Assembly: GCA_026416845.1 (NCBI GenBank) | Contig: JAOAEL010000006.1 | Location: 390-64,389 of the forward strand | Length of the DNA: 64,000 nucleotides | Direction of reading: 5' to 3' | DNA from: Patescibacteria group bacterium | GTDB lineage: Bacteria > Patescibacteriota > Microgenomatia > UBA8517 | Shown here: positions 30,171-41,130 of the stretch, piece by piece | How positions within the stretch are numbered: position 1 is the stretch's first letter | Layout of the letters: every line of letters begins with the position of its first letter | Program-made: the position numbers and the translations under genes | Notes under the pieces: generated by a model | The model's input: only the letters and a program-made list of their open reading frames with translations | The model's database searches: none | What the model was told of the DNA's origin: nothing

Positions 30171-32599
30171 GCAAATTTTCTATAAAAGAATTTGAGAATC
30201 TCAATCACAAATATTATGCCTAAAGTGAAAGCAAAAATAGTAAACCAATAATTAAAAGGGACAAAGACAATACCAAAAAAACTTCTCAAATCATCTGTGG
30301 CAAGCGGCAGAAATAAAATTAACCAACCTGCCAATACCGCAAACAATAACCATTTATTCTCCAAAAAATTCTGATCCCAAACAGGCCTTGCCAAAGATCT
30401 AACAGCAAAAACATAAATCAAGGAATTTGCTCCAAGAGAAAGATATGCTATTGATTGAGCAAGTCTAAGATCTCCTGTTTGAATGTATTCCCAATAAAAA
30501 AGCGCTAAAGAAAAAATCCCTGAAGTCACACTAACTATACCAATAATAACTTTCATCCAACCGGCAACAAGTGGCTCTTTTGCAGATCTTGGGGGATCGT
30601 GCATAATTCCTTTGTGTTTAGCGTCAATTGTAAGAGCAAGACCGGGAAAACCATTTGTTACTAAATTTATCCACAAGATTTGCCCGGCTGTAACCGGTAT
30701 AGGAAGCCCAACAATCAACGCTCCCAAAACAGCAGTGATAGCGTTAAAAGCGCTACTCATCAAATAAATTATCACTTTTCGCAGATTGTCATAAACAACA
30801 CGTCCTTCCTCTATCGCGGCAATTACCGTCTCAAACCTAGAATCAAGCAAAACCAAATCTGCCGATTCTTTGGCCACATCAGTGGCTTCTCCAACCACAA
30901 TTCCTATATCGGCGCGGTTTAAGGCAGGAGCGTCATTTACACCATCGCCCATCATGGCTACAACTTCTCCTGCCGCTTTAAGAGCTTCAACTATCTTAAG
31001 TTTTTGATCCGGAGTTGTGCGCGCAAAAAGTTTAACTTTTCTAATTTTTCTGGCAAGCTCCTCCTCTGACAAATCGTCAAGTTCTTCCCCTGTGATCACT
31101 TCATCCTCATAAACTTCAACGCCTATTTGTTTCATGACAAATTTTGCAGTTTGGGCATAATCTCCAGTGATAACAATTATCCTAATGCCGGCATTTATTG
31201 CCTTGGCAATTGATCTTGAGACATCCAACCTTACAGGATCAGTAAAAGCTATCAATCCCACCCACTCTAAATTAGAAATCACAAATTCATGTTTAATCTT
31301 TGAAACTTTTTTATCCACCTTCTTGCGCGCCATGCCTATTACTCTTATCCCTTTTGAAGTAAGTTCGTTTATCCGCAAATGCCAATTCTCGATATCTTTT
31401 TTACTTAAATCAGCCCATTTTATTAAATAATCAGGAGCACCATTCACAAAAATCATGTTGTGTTTCTCATCCCAACTTACAAGGCTGGCTGAATATCTTA
31501 TCTCCGAAGAAAAAGGAACAGTGTCTAGCCTTTGATACTTTGCGATCAAATCCGAATGATTGCCAATGTGACTTTTAGACCACTCATAAAGAGATATGAC
31601 AATAGGATCGTCCAAATCATTTGCTACAACCGCCTGCAGGGCAATTTCTTTTTTGTCTCCAAAAACATCCACCACTTGCAAAACCCCCTTCGTAATAGTC
31701 CCAGTTTTATCAAGACAAATTGTCGTGACACCTCCCAAAGTCTCAGCAGACAAAAGCCGTTTTACTAAACCTTTTTTCTTAAGTATCCTCTGCATAGAAA
31801 TAGCCAAAATAACGGTAAGCCCAACCAAAAGGCCTTCAGGTATAGCAGATACAGCAAGGGCAACAGAAGTCATAAGCATGGTTTTAATGTCATTTCCCTT
31901 TAAAATGCCAATTACAAAGACAAAAGCCGTAAGCGTCAAAATCAAAAAGACCAATTGTGTGGCAAATTTTGTCAGTTGCTTCTTAAGTGGAGTTTCTTCA
32001 TGGGGTTCCTGAATCTCAAGAGCTATCGCCCCCATTTTGGTATTTTTACCAGTTTTTAAAACTTTGATAATTCCCCTACCAGCGGTTAATATAGTTCCCA
32101 TAAAACACTCAGAGCCAGTCTCTTTTGAAATTGGGACACTCTCTCCTGTAAGCATTGATTCGTTGACAAACACTCTGTTTGCTTCCAAAAAAATTCCATC
32201 TGCTGGAATACGCTCGCCCTGATTGACCACAACAACATCGCCAGGCACTATTTCTGAAGATTTGATTTTTATTTCCTTTCCATCACGCACAACAATGCTT
32301 TGAGGATTTATCAATTTCTTAAGCGCATTAAGAGAGTTTGCGGCTCTTTTTTCCTGAAAAAAAGATAAGATAGTGTTTATCAAAATGGCAAGCAAAATAA
32401 TCAAAGTGTCGTTATATTTTTGAAGAAAGAAGGTCAAAATTGATGCAAAAATCAAAACATATATAAGAGGATTGGCAAGCTGGGAAACAAATATTGAAAA
32501 ATTTGAAGGCGGGGGCGATTCTGGCAGGATGTTTGGCCCAAATTTGGCAAGCAAGTTTCTGGCTTGTTTATAGGTAAGGCCGGTGTGTTTTAAGTGCAT
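30167..32599 (-). CDS. P-type cation (Ca2+-type) ATPase
   Basis: LTGES, PEGL, DKTGT, TGD, GDGVNDAPAL. Confidence 0.96.
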   Translation of the reverse strand: MHLKHTGLTYKQARNLLAKFGPNILPESPPPSNFSIFVSQLANPLIYVLIFASILTFFLQKYNDTLIILLAILINTILSFFQEKRAANSLNALKKLINPQSIVVRDGKEIKIKSSEIVPGDVVVVNQGERIPADGIFLEANRVFVNESMLTGESVPISKETGSECFMGTILTAGRGIIKVLKTGKNTKMGAIALEIQEPHEETPLKKQLTKFATQLVFLILTLTAFVFVIGILKGNDIKTMLMTSVALAVSAIPEGLLVGLTVILAISMQRILKKKGLVKRLLSAETLGGVTTICLDKTGTITKGVLQVVDVFGDKKEIALQAVVANDLDDPIVISLYEWSKSHIGNHSDLIAKYQRLDTVPFSSEIRYSASLVSWDEKHNMIFVNGAPDYLIKWADLSKKDIENWHLRINELTSKGIRVIGMARKKVDKKVSKIKHEFVISNLEWVGLIAFTDPVRLDVSRSIAKAINAGIRIIVITGDYAQTAKFVMKQIGVEVYEDEVITGEELDDLSEEELARKIRKVKLFARTTPDQKLKIVEALKAAGEVVAMMGDGVNDAPALNRADIGIVVGEATDVAKESADLVLLDSRFETVIAAIEEGRVVYDNLRKVIIYLMSSAFNAITAVLGALIVGLPIPVTAGQILWINLVTNGFPGLALTIDAKHKGIMHDPPRSAKEPLVAGWMKVIIGIVSVTSGIFSLALFYWEYIQTGDLRLAQSIAYLSLGANSLIYVFAVRSLARPVWDQNFLENKWLLFAVLAGWLILFLPLATDDLRSFFGIVFVPFNYWFTIFAFTLGIIFVIEILKFFYRKFA

Positions 32600-32769
32600 A
32601 CATCACATGCTAACATAGGTTAAAGATTAAATGTAAAAACAAAAATTTGGCAATTAATTTTTAGCTAAATTCATTAAATTTGTGTTCTTTGCAATCAGTT
32701 TAGTTCTCAATTTGCAACTCTCATTTTTCTAAGGTACAACTTAGTCAGTTAGTTTCAAAAATTGACAAC

Positions 32770-33420
32770 ATGAAAGATGACATAGATTATCCTTTTGGGC
32801 GTTTGCCACCAGATAATGTATCTGAAACCGAATACCGTCAATCGATTGAAAATCTTAGGGAATTTGCCAAAATGGACTTGTCAGAAATTCAAACATTGGA
32901 AGACTTATCCGCTCATGCTTCTTTAGTAGGAAGTGATATAAAAAAAGTTATCTTAACAGCAGGCAAAATACAAACAACAGACTTCACTTATAAAAAACCG
33001 GACATTGTTTTAGAAGAAGATGTTCAAGTAAAAGCAAGAGACCAAGTATGGGTTATCAGAGAAAAATTATCTGACGGTACGTACATATTCGCGACATCCT
33101 CTAGAGAATTAACTTACATTACTAGGTATACATTCAATGAAAATAACCAACAGATATCCTTATATACAGTAAATTTGCCTGCAGATAGGGATATTTGTTC
33201 TTCGAGGAATGAAATAATAAATATGTCTACAAATGCAGTAGATTGGAGGTGGGGACAACCCAAATCTTTTTATCCTGTTAATAACCCGAATGATCCCATG
33301 CATCAACAAGAATTTGCAAGAGTTTTGCAGGACGCTATAAAAGATTTGTTATCTGTCATACCAGATGATCAATCGTCAGACTCTGATGTACCTGAACCTT
33401 TTAGAAAGATAAGATTTTAG
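32770..33420 (+). CDS. hypothetical protein
   Basis: 216 aa ORF, no recognised motif. Confidence 0.7.
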   Translation: MKDDIDYPFGRLPPDNVSETEYRQSIENLREFAKMDLSEIQTLEDLSAHASLVGSDIKKVILTAGKIQTTDFTYKKPDIVLEEDVQVKARDQVWVIREKLSDGTYIFATSSRELTYITRYTFNENNQQISLYTVNLPADRDICSSRNEIINMSTNAVDWRWGQPKSFYPVNNPNDPMHQQEFARVLQDAIKDLLSVIPDDQSSDSDVPEPFRKIRF

Positions 33421-33445
33421 TTTTGGCATAACAGCCTTATAATTA

Positions 33446-35161
33446 TCAATTCTTTTGCAACTTAAACAACTTCTTGATCTCATTAACTGTAGTTACCTGA
33501 CTTGCAGATTTGTCATCCCTAAATCTAACAAGCCTTGGAAACCTTAAAGCATACCCTGCTGTATGTTTAGGTGAAATTGTAAGATCATCTCCGGCAAGCT
33601 CCACAATTATCTGAGGATCAACCCAATAATCAGGCGTCAGATCCTTGTGAACTTCATACACCTCCGGTTTGTCTTTTACTACCAATGGTTTAAGTCGCAT
33701 GGCTAATTGCTTAAACTGCTCATCGGTAAGTCCAGTGCCTACTTTGGTAATTGTTTTGTATCTGCCTTTATCCAAAACTCCAGCTAAAAATTGGCCAATG
33801 CCAAACTCTACCCTTTTCCCAAAACCTACGGTAAAACCCATAATCACAGCGTCAATCGTATCTGGCAGTTTGCCAATCGCGCTTTCGTCCTCTTTCATCT
33901 TTACCCAATTCCATCCAGTCCTGCCCGGAATGTACTTGCTATTTAATTTCTTGACTATGATTCCCTCAAGTCCTTCTTCTATGTACTTTTTGTGAAGCTT
34001 TAAGATAACAGCAGGATCTTTGGTTATAACATTTTCATCAATTCTCAAAATTTTGCCATTTTTTATGATTTTTTTTAAAACTTCACGGCGAACACTATAA
34101 GGCTCTTGCATCAGATTCCTACCATCAGCATATAAAACGTCAAAAACCTGAAAGCTAATTGGTGTTTTGCTTTTGACATTTGCTATATCATGCTTTCTGC
34201 GTCTTTGCATGGTTGTCTGAAAGTCAGCTATCTTAAGCATATCTTCATCCATGCCAACAGCTTCGGTATCCAGTATCACCTCATCAACGCTTAAATATTT
34301 GTCAATCTCAAAAAGTTCAGGAAACATAAAAGATATATCTTTTAAATTTCGCGTAAAAACCGCCAATACTTTTTTAGGTTTTGAATAATGAATAATTGAT
34401 CTTAATCCATCAAACTTTGGTTCCACTGAAACCTCTCCCATCTTTTCAATCATCTCATCTGGACTTTTTAGTCTTTGACAAAGCATGGGCATTACTGGAA
34501 TCCCAACAATTGGAGAAAGATTGCCAGTAGCTTTTTTGATACCAAATCTTTTAATTTTTTCCGCTAAAGCGCCAACATCCGGAACCACCTCATAAGCTTT
34601 TGTTATCAATTTTGACTTTTCCTTACTACCTTCTACCATCCATGAAAGAGCATCAATAATTGTTTTTTCAGAAAAACCAAGCCTTAACTTGCCAACAGGG
34701 ATTCGAGCCAGGTACTTAACAGAGAGAGGATCCATATTAGATAAAACCATTGACAGTTTGTCTATCTTCCGTTCAATGCTTCCCTGTCCGGAATCGTTTG
34801 CGATATCAAAAAACCGCAAATAAACATCGGTTACACTTAATCCTGTGTCTTTCGAATTTGCCTTTACGGCATAAGTATATGCAGTTTCTCCAATATCGCC
34901 AGTTTTTTTATATTCATTAAACACATCATTGATTTGTTTCTGGTAAGCCTTGGCAATTGCGGCAATCATAGTTTTATCCGCAACATTAAAAACCACACCT
35001 TTGTAAGAAGCGGCAAGCTCGCCCAAAATTAAATAAGTTGCTTGGCCTATCTCATCAGCTTCCAGTTTGGAAAACAAATCAGCTAGTATAATGGTAATTT
35101 TGTTGCGAGATTTTGTGCTTTCTAACTTTTGAAGGAACAAAGACAAATCCGCAAATTTCAT
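33446..35161 (-). CDS. lig: ATP-dependent DNA ligase
   Basis: EPKFDGLR, FDVL, EGIIVK, WVKMK, LRFPR..R.RDDK; N-terminal DNA-binding domain. Confidence 0.96.
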   Translation of the reverse strand: MKFADLSLFLQKLESTKSRNKITIILADLFSKLEADEIGQATYLILGELAASYKGVVFNVADKTMIAAIAKAYQKQINDVFNEYKKTGDIGETAYTYAVKANSKDTGLSVTDVYLRFFDIANDSGQGSIERKIDKLSMVLSNMDPLSVKYLARIPVGKLRLGFSEKTIIDALSWMVEGSKEKSKLITKAYEVVPDVGALAEKIKRFGIKKATGNLSPIVGIPVMPMLCQRLKSPDEMIEKMGEVSVEPKFDGLRSIIHYSKPKKVLAVFTRNLKDISFMFPELFEIDKYLSVDEVILDTEAVGMDEDMLKIADFQTTMQRRRKHDIANVKSKTPISFQVFDVLYADGRNLMQEPYSVRREVLKKIIKNGKILRIDENVITKDPAVILKLHKKYIEEGLEGIIVKKLNSKYIPGRTGWNWVKMKEDESAIGKLPDTIDAVIMGFTVGFGKRVEFGIGQFLAGVLDKGRYKTITKVGTGLTDEQFKQLAMRLKPLVVKDKPEVYEVHKDLTPDYWVDPQIIVELAGDDLTISPKHTAGYALRFPRLVRFRDDKSASQVTTVNEIKKLFKLQKN

Positions 35162-35164
35162 AAA

Positions 35165-35368
35165 TTAAGTTTGCGAAGTGAGGTAATTTGAGAAAAAAAG
35201 GTATGCAAAAACAACAGCGCCGATAAACAAAATGCCAAATACTACACTTATTACTCCACCAGCCTCTTGATGGGCAATTTTATTTAATCCGTCTCCTACA
35301 AGAGTTAATCCAAACATGCTTGGCAAAACAAGTATCATATACAAAAACTGAGGGTCAGTAGGTACCAT
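35165..35368 (-). CDS. small two-TM membrane protein
   Basis: 67 aa, two hydrophobic helices, 3 bp from lig. Confidence 0.75.
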   Translation of the reverse strand: MVPTDPQFLYMILVLPSMFGLTLVGDGLNKIAHQEAGGVISVVFGILFIGAVVFAYLFFSNYLTSQT

Positions 35369-35415
35369 ACCAGTAAGCTATTATAATACAAAAAATGCTA
35401 TTTCAAAATTCAATA

Positions 35416-36480
35416 TCACTTGCTATTTAGCACATATCTGCTTGCTTTTGTGCTTCCCTGTTTTTTGATTATTCCTTTTTGCAAAAGCTGCCTTAAATCG
35501 CGCAAAATTGTGTCTTCTGAAACCATTGGCAATACTTTTTTAAGTTCTATCATGCCAGCACTACCTTGTCCCGATAGGTATTCTACTAATTTCATCTGCC
35601 TTTCAGTAAGAGCAACTTGTTCTCCAATTTTGCCTTTCAGGTGGGAATCAACAGAAATCTTGCGCACTTTTTCTTTTATTTTTGTAAGCTCAATCGCTAC
35701 AACAGAAGTAAAGTACTCCAACCAATAAGTAAGATCTCTATCCTGTATATTTGGGGATTGCTCATCCACTTTTGCAAACGCTTCATAGTAAGCACCTAAA
35801 TCATTGTCAAAATGCTCTTCCAGCGCAAAAAAACGTTTGATATTGTAACCTTCTTTTAGAAGAACTAAATTAGCAAATGCACGCGTAGTGCGGCCATTGC
35901 CTTCCACAAAAGGATGAATTGAAACCAAAATGTAATGAGCAATTCCGGCACGCAAAACAGGATGTATCTCTTTTGCAGAAGGACTATTAAACCATTCAAA
36001 AAAATCATCAATGAGATACGGAACTTCAGCATAAGGAGGGGGGGCTAAAATGATTTTCCCGGTGTTTTCTTCTTTGATAACAACATGACTTTTTCTCAAA
36101 ACACCTGCCTTTTCTGGATCAACTATTTTTTCCACTGTTTTTTTGTGAATATCCAAAAGCATTTGCAAATCGTAATCCCTCTTCTGTTCAAGCAGTTCGT
36201 CTAAAAACTTGGCAACATTTCTGTAATTTATGACTTCCTGTATATCCCGCTCATGAGCGGTTACCTCAAACCCTTCCATAACTTTTCTAGTTTGTTCAAG
36301 CGAAAGCTCATTGCCCTCTATGTGTGTGCCGTGATAGATAGTTCTTGTAATAGCGTCGGTTTGAAATTGCTTCTCATAAAGAGGAACAAGTGGCGCATTC
36401 TCCACAACTTCACGCGCCGCCTCTATGGTGCCTATGTTTTTTAAAATCTTGTTTGTTATAGTGTACTTTGGTATCAACAT
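35416..36480 (-). CDS. Fic family protein with C-terminal HTH
   Basis: HPFVEGNGRTTR; inhibitory motif GTHIEGN; SEDTILRDL. Confidence 0.95.
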   Translation of the reverse strand: MLIPKYTITNKILKNIGTIEAAREVVENAPLVPLYEKQFQTDAITRTIYHGTHIEGNELSLEQTRKVMEGFEVTAHERDIQEVINYRNVAKFLDELLEQKRDYDLQMLLDIHKKTVEKIVDPEKAGVLRKSHVVIKEENTGKIILAPPPYAEVPYLIDDFFEWFNSPSAKEIHPVLRAGIAHYILVSIHPFVEGNGRTTRAFANLVLLKEGYNIKRFFALEEHFDNDLGAYYEAFAKVDEQSPNIQDRDLTYWLEYFTSVVAIELTKIKEKVRKISVDSHLKGKIGEQVALTERQMKLVEYLSGQGSAGMIELKKVLPMVSEDTILRDLRQLLQKGIIKKQGSTKASRYVLNSK

Positions 36481-36558
36481 GCAATTTAATTAAATTCTTA
36501 TAAACTTTATTTTAATTTTATGTTTATAATATAACGCAATTTTTACGGTAATAAAATA

Positions 36559-36816
36559 GTGATGGAAAGACCAATAAATATAAACGATCTGGAATTGATC
36601 CGACAATATCTTGCAAGACTATTTGTTTTAACAATTTCTGAATCCTTTCGCTATTCTCCCAAACTTATCTCAGCCCAAATTCAAGCAATAAATGCTTTAA
36701 TAGATTTGATTGAAAGCAGACCAGACTTCATAAATCCTGAGTTGTTAAAAGAACTACAAATAAGAGCAATTCAATTTAAGGATAATCAAGATTCAGATAA
36801 ATCAACTGAATTGTAA
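36559..36816 (+). CDS. small hypothetical protein
   Basis: 85 aa helical ORF. Confidence 0.55.
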   Translation: MMERPININDLELIRQYLARLFVLTISESFRYSPKLISAQIQAINALIDLIESRPDFINPELLKELQIRAIQFKDNQDSDKSTEL

Positions 36817-36846
36817 AAATTGTTAGTGGTAATTGCCAAAAAATAA

Positions 36847-37968
36847 TCAATTCAAATTAATCATATTAACAATTTCTATCCCTTTAAAATCTTCAACATA
36901 ATGATAATCTGCAGTAGTCATTATTGTTTGCTGGTTTCTCATTGTTGACATAACAATATCACGATGTCCATGATCTAATTCCGATAAAATGTCATCAAGT
37001 AAAAGCACCGGTCTTTCTTTAGCAACTTTTTCTATAAATGCCAACTCCGCTAACTTTAACCACAAAACTCCCATTCTTTGCTCCCCTCGACTCCCATAAA
37101 AAGCCAGATCAAAGGCATCATCTGAAATTTTGGAATTCAAAATCAAAAATCGAAAATCATCCCTATGTGGTCCTACTAAAGTTGTGGCTGAAGCAACCTC
37201 TTCCTTTTTGTATTGCTCAAGTCTAGATTCAGAAATAACGCTTTTGTCATAATACAATTGGTATATACAATCAGTTAACTGATTTGCCGAATTTACAAAT
37301 TCTATAAACTCTGCTCTTTTTCTAGTAATATACTCTCCATTGCGAATCAAAAGCTGATTCCAAAAAATAAGCTGGTTTCTTGATATTCCTTCTTCTCTAA
37401 TTCTAAAAAGCAATTTATTTCTTTGACGCAAAGCTTTCTCATAAGCAATAACGCACCTTCTGTACTCGCGATCAGTTTGAGAAATCACCAAATCCAAAAA
37501 ACTTCTTCTTGCGCCTGGCGGATCTGTAACCAAGTTCATATCCCAAGGACCAAATAAAACAACTTTCAACCTTCCAGTAAAATCAATCAGTCTTTTAGTA
37601 GTGCCATCAATCAAAAGCCTTTTTTTTGGTGTTTTGCGCGGCACAGATGTACCTAACTCCAAAAAACCGCGAGTTAAAATAACCTCTAAATTTTCAACAT
37701 CGTCTAAATCATTGTTCGATAAATTGTTGCTATAAGCCCTAAAGCTTACTGTTCCCTTTATTTTAGATAATTCTTCTCCAATCATTATCATCTCTTCTTC
37801 ACGATTTGCTTTCAAGCTTTTGCCGGTCGAAAGCAAAAAAATACTTTCCAGTAAATTTGTTTTTCCTGACGCGTTATCACCAATTATGAAATTAATTTTG
37901 TCTGAAAAATTAAAGGTATTTTTTTTATGATTTCTAAAATTAAGCAAAGACAATGTCCTAAGAATCAT
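36847..37968 (-). CDS. recF: DNA replication/repair protein RecF
   Basis: GDNASGKTNLLE, GPHRDD, GSRGEQR, LLLDDILSELD. Confidence 0.96.
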   Translation of the reverse strand: MILRTLSLLNFRNHKKNTFNFSDKINFIIGDNASGKTNLLESIFLLSTGKSLKANREEEMIMIGEELSKIKGTVSFRAYSNNLSNNDLDDVENLEVILTRGFLELGTSVPRKTPKKRLLIDGTTKRLIDFTGRLKVVLFGPWDMNLVTDPPGARRSFLDLVISQTDREYRRCVIAYEKALRQRNKLLFRIREEGISRNQLIFWNQLLIRNGEYITRKRAEFIEFVNSANQLTDCIYQLYYDKSVISESRLEQYKKEEVASATTLVGPHRDDFRFLILNSKISDDAFDLAFYGSRGEQRMGVLWLKLAELAFIEKVAKERPVLLLDDILSELDHGHRDIVMSTMRNQQTIMTTADYHYVEDFKGIEIVNMINLN

Positions 37969-37987
37969 CGTTACTAGTAAATCTAAA

Positions 37988-38875
37988 TCAAATTTTTATT
38001 AAAGATTGATTGTGTTTTATAAACTTAAGAAGGATTTCAACCTTACCTTTGAATGTTTTCTGGTTAGAAATTTCTTTAAACAATCTTTTGAAATCCTCGG
38101 TTTCTAATTTTTTATCTTTTTTATCTTGATTAAATAAATGCCCTCCCATTTTATATTCTAAAGATTTTCTTTTACTGCCATTTATTTCATCTTGAAAATT
38201 TATATCCAAATAATTTTTAATCGTTTTTAAGTGCCCAATTTTTTTATATCTTCGCATGGAAAAAATATACCTTGGCTCTTTGAATATGAGAAATTCAAGA
38301 CCTTTTTTGATCGCAGCCCTTACAAACATTTTGTCCTCTGAAGGTATAAATTCCGTGTCAAAACCTCCAATTTTATAAAAACCTTCATTTGTCACACCAA
38401 TCATGGCTCCTTGAGCGGATGGTTTTTCTAAAAATTGAGCAATTTCTAAAACGGCATTTATTGATTGCGTCACTAATTTATCGCCCGCATTATTTGTGTC
38501 CGGTTCGCAATATGTGGTAAAAATATCGCATTTTGTTTTTGCAATTTGATACCTGATTCCATCTAAAAAATAATCTGGCAGTCTATTGTCCGCATCCATA
38601 AAAATTATCCATTTGCCAATCGCAGATTTCGCTCCCAAATTTCTCTGATATGAAACATTGCGTCTGTCGCTTTGCAAAATAGTAAATTTTTTAAATTTAG
38701 ACTTAAACTTACTGCTTTCCTCAACTGTTTTGTCTTCTGAATTGCCATCAACAACAATCACTTGAAAATCAGAGTAAGTCTGCGAAGAAAGGTCAACCAA
38801 AAGATTAGGAAGATATTTTTCTTCGTTCAAAGCAGGAATTACCACTGAGAAAAAAACATTTACCTTTTTTGGCAT
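37988..38875 (-). CDS. GT2 glycosyltransferase
   Basis: VVIPALNEE, VVDGNS.D, FMDAD, SED. Confidence 0.92.
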   Translation of the reverse strand: MPKKVNVFFSVVIPALNEEKYLPNLLVDLSSQTYSDFQVIVVDGNSEDKTVEESSKFKSKFKKFTILQSDRRNVSYQRNLGAKSAIGKWIIFMDADNRLPDYFLDGIRYQIAKTKCDIFTTYCEPDTNNAGDKLVTQSINAVLEIAQFLEKPSAQGAMIGVTNEGFYKIGGFDTEFIPSEDKMFVRAAIKKGLEFLIFKEPRYIFSMRRYKKIGHLKTIKNYLDINFQDEINGSKRKSLEYKMGGHLFNQDKKDKKLETEDFKRLFKEISNQKTFKGKVEILLKFIKHNQSLIKI

Positions 38876-39732
38876 ATCTTGCATATATAAGTTCCTCTAC
38901 CGGCTAGAAAATATTTCTCAAATTCTGATTTTTTACATCTTGGACATTTTTTACCATTTCTGCCATACGCCAAAGTATGATTCTGATAACTTCCCTCTTG
39001 ACCATCAGGAGTAACAAAAGCAAGTTCAGACGCCCCACCGGCTTCAATTCCTTTTTTCAAAACAGCAATAATCGCATCGTAAAGCGTTTTTACCTCATTA
39101 TCGCTTAATTTTCCAGCTTGTCTTTCAGGATGAATACCGGCAAGCCATAAAGCGTCATTTGCGTAAATGTTGCCAATCCCGCCTATTTTTGACTGATCCA
39201 TCAAAAGAGTTTTAATTACCCTTTTGCTTTTTGCAAGAATACCCTTAAACTTTTCATATGTCAAAAGTGCAGGTTTACCATCTTGTCTACCAAACGGTTC
39301 GGGTCCTAATTTACCCACAAAGCCAATGTTTTCAACCTCTTTTGTGTTTACAACTTTAATCCACCCAAAAAGACGAACATCGTTATAGTACAAAAAACTA
39401 TTTTCATCCAGAACAAATACAACATGCGTGTGTTTCCCTGGAACCCCTCCAACCACTTTCCTAGAAAGAGAAGGTGGATTAGGCAAATTTCTGCCTCTAT
39501 ATATCAGCTGACCTGTAAGCTTAATATGGACCACTAAGGACTTGCTATTGGATAAATCAAGAGAGAGAACCTTGGCAAACCGTCGAACACTAACAAAACT
39601 TGTATCAACAATATCCTCTCTTTTGCCTTCAAAAACACTAGGTGTGTGAATTATTAGGTCAACTATTCTGTGCCCTAATAAGTACTTCTCTAACTGTACC
39701 TTTATTGACTCAACTTCAGGTAGCTCAGGCAT
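38860..39732 (-). CDS. mutM: formamidopyrimidine-DNA glycosylase
   Basis: MPELPEVE, GIGNIYA (H2TH), CPRC...CKICQ zinc finger. Confidence 0.97.
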   Translation of the reverse strand: MPELPEVESIKVQLEKYLLGHRIVDLIIHTPSVFEGKREDIVDTSFVSVRRFAKVLSLDLSNSKSLVVHIKLTGQLIYRGRNLPNPPSLSRKVVGGVPGKHTHVVFVLDENSFLYYNDVRLFGWIKVVNTKEVENIGFVGKLGPEPFGRQDGKPALLTYEKFKGILAKSKRVIKTLLMDQSKIGGIGNIYANDALWLAGIHPERQAGKLSDNEVKTLYDAIIAVLKKGIEAGGASELAFVTPDGQEGSYQNHTLAYGRNGKKCPRCKKSEFEKYFLAGRGTYICKICQKR

Positions 39733-39789
39733 CAACAAATTATACAACAACAAAGCCAAAGTTTACCTTTTTAACTTCGTTTAGCTTTT

Positions 39790-40409
39790 TCCTTGGACTC
39801 TAACACAAAAAGCACCTGCCTGCCATAAATTCCGTAAAACTCAATATTAGACCATTCGTAAACAAAGACAGGGTACCAACCCTTGTCTGCAAAAATTTTA
39901 ATTCATTCACTAGTAATCTTTAAAGATGCTCGTAAAACTCAAAATTGCCAACCATATCTCGTAAAGAAACCAAAAATTTTTCTAATTTGTTTATGTAATG
40001 AATTTAAGTATTTTCTATAATTATAATTCGTTTAGAAATACGCATAGCTTCGTCTAAAACTCTAATCGAATCTTTAGAATGATACAAAATACAAACAATC
40101 AAAGCATAATCAAATTCTTTATCGCCAAGGCATGTTAAACCCGTCATATAAAATTGGTACAACATCTGGATATAAAGAGGTTATATCCACGTCGATATCA
40201 ACAACCTCAAAATTAGCTTATTTATTTATCTTGAATAAGGAACCCACACCTACACCAACATCAAGTATTCTCTTCCCACTTAAATACCTTGCAAATTTTT
40301 TAAATCTATCTCTTGCATTTTTCTCCATCAAAAACCTGCTTGTGGCAAGCAATATTTTGCCTAACAAACTCCTCCTTTTGCAAAGTTTAACAATTGCCCT
40401 AGCTGGCAT
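39790..40409 (-). pseudogene. class I SAM-dependent methyltransferase, frameshifted
   Basis: RILDVGVGVG, then in other frames VVDIDV, DKEFDYALIVCILYH, RVLDEAMRISK..IIIE; 3' boundary approximate. Confidence 0.75.
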
Positions 40410-40878
40410 AAGATTGTGTAAGTGCTACAAAGCAATCTGAAAACAGAAAACACCTTCCTGAACAACAACAATCAAAAACTTGCCCAAAGGCACTTTGATA
40501 CAAAAACCCTCGCCAACTTACAAAAGTAAATAAAGTAAAACAAACATCAATTTATTATCTTCAAAAAAACAAACTAAACATCCAAATCAATATACGGCAA
40601 TGTCTCAGTAAGTAAGTAAAACACAATAAGATTTTGTTTGTTCCAATAACTTCGTGCACAAACTTAAACCCTCTCACCAAATTTGCGTTAGCCAACTCTG
40701 CTAAAACTAAACCGGTCAAAACCCTTGCTAGTAAAATTTCTTTACTCTTAAGGCAATTTGCTGTTGCCTATTCTGAATTAAACCTTGTTTCAAAAACATC
40801 ATTGAGAATTCTCCAGCACCCCTTGCGATTTACAAAAACCAAAAAGCTTGCTAGATACCCTCTTATCAGAGTTCTCTT

Positions 40879-40957
40879 GTGTCCCAACAAATATTTTTCC
40901 AGTTGTATCTTTATTGATTCTACTTCCGGCAATTCAGGTATCAAACAATTATACAAC
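40879..40957 (-). pseudogene. 5' fragment of a second mutM copy with its -10 box
   Basis: IPELPEVESIKIQLEKYLLGH versus MPELPEVESIKVQLEKYLLGH. Confidence 0.85.
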
Positions 40958-41130
40958 CAAAATTACCAAATGGCTTTTTATTTTATAAAAGCTCTAATAA
41001 AAGATTGAAATAAAACTTTCTTAATTGTTTTAGGATTAACAAATCTCTCCACTCAAGATCCTTAGGGATAGGAAGCACGCCGTGTGGTAATAAATCTATA
41101 CCTTAATGGTAACATTTAAATTAAGAAAAC

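Noticed and set aside
33446-35161. ATP-dependent ligase and stand-alone 5'-3' exonuclease as signs of phage origin
   Set aside because: Both sit in housekeeping context and are ordinary for CPR-type genomes
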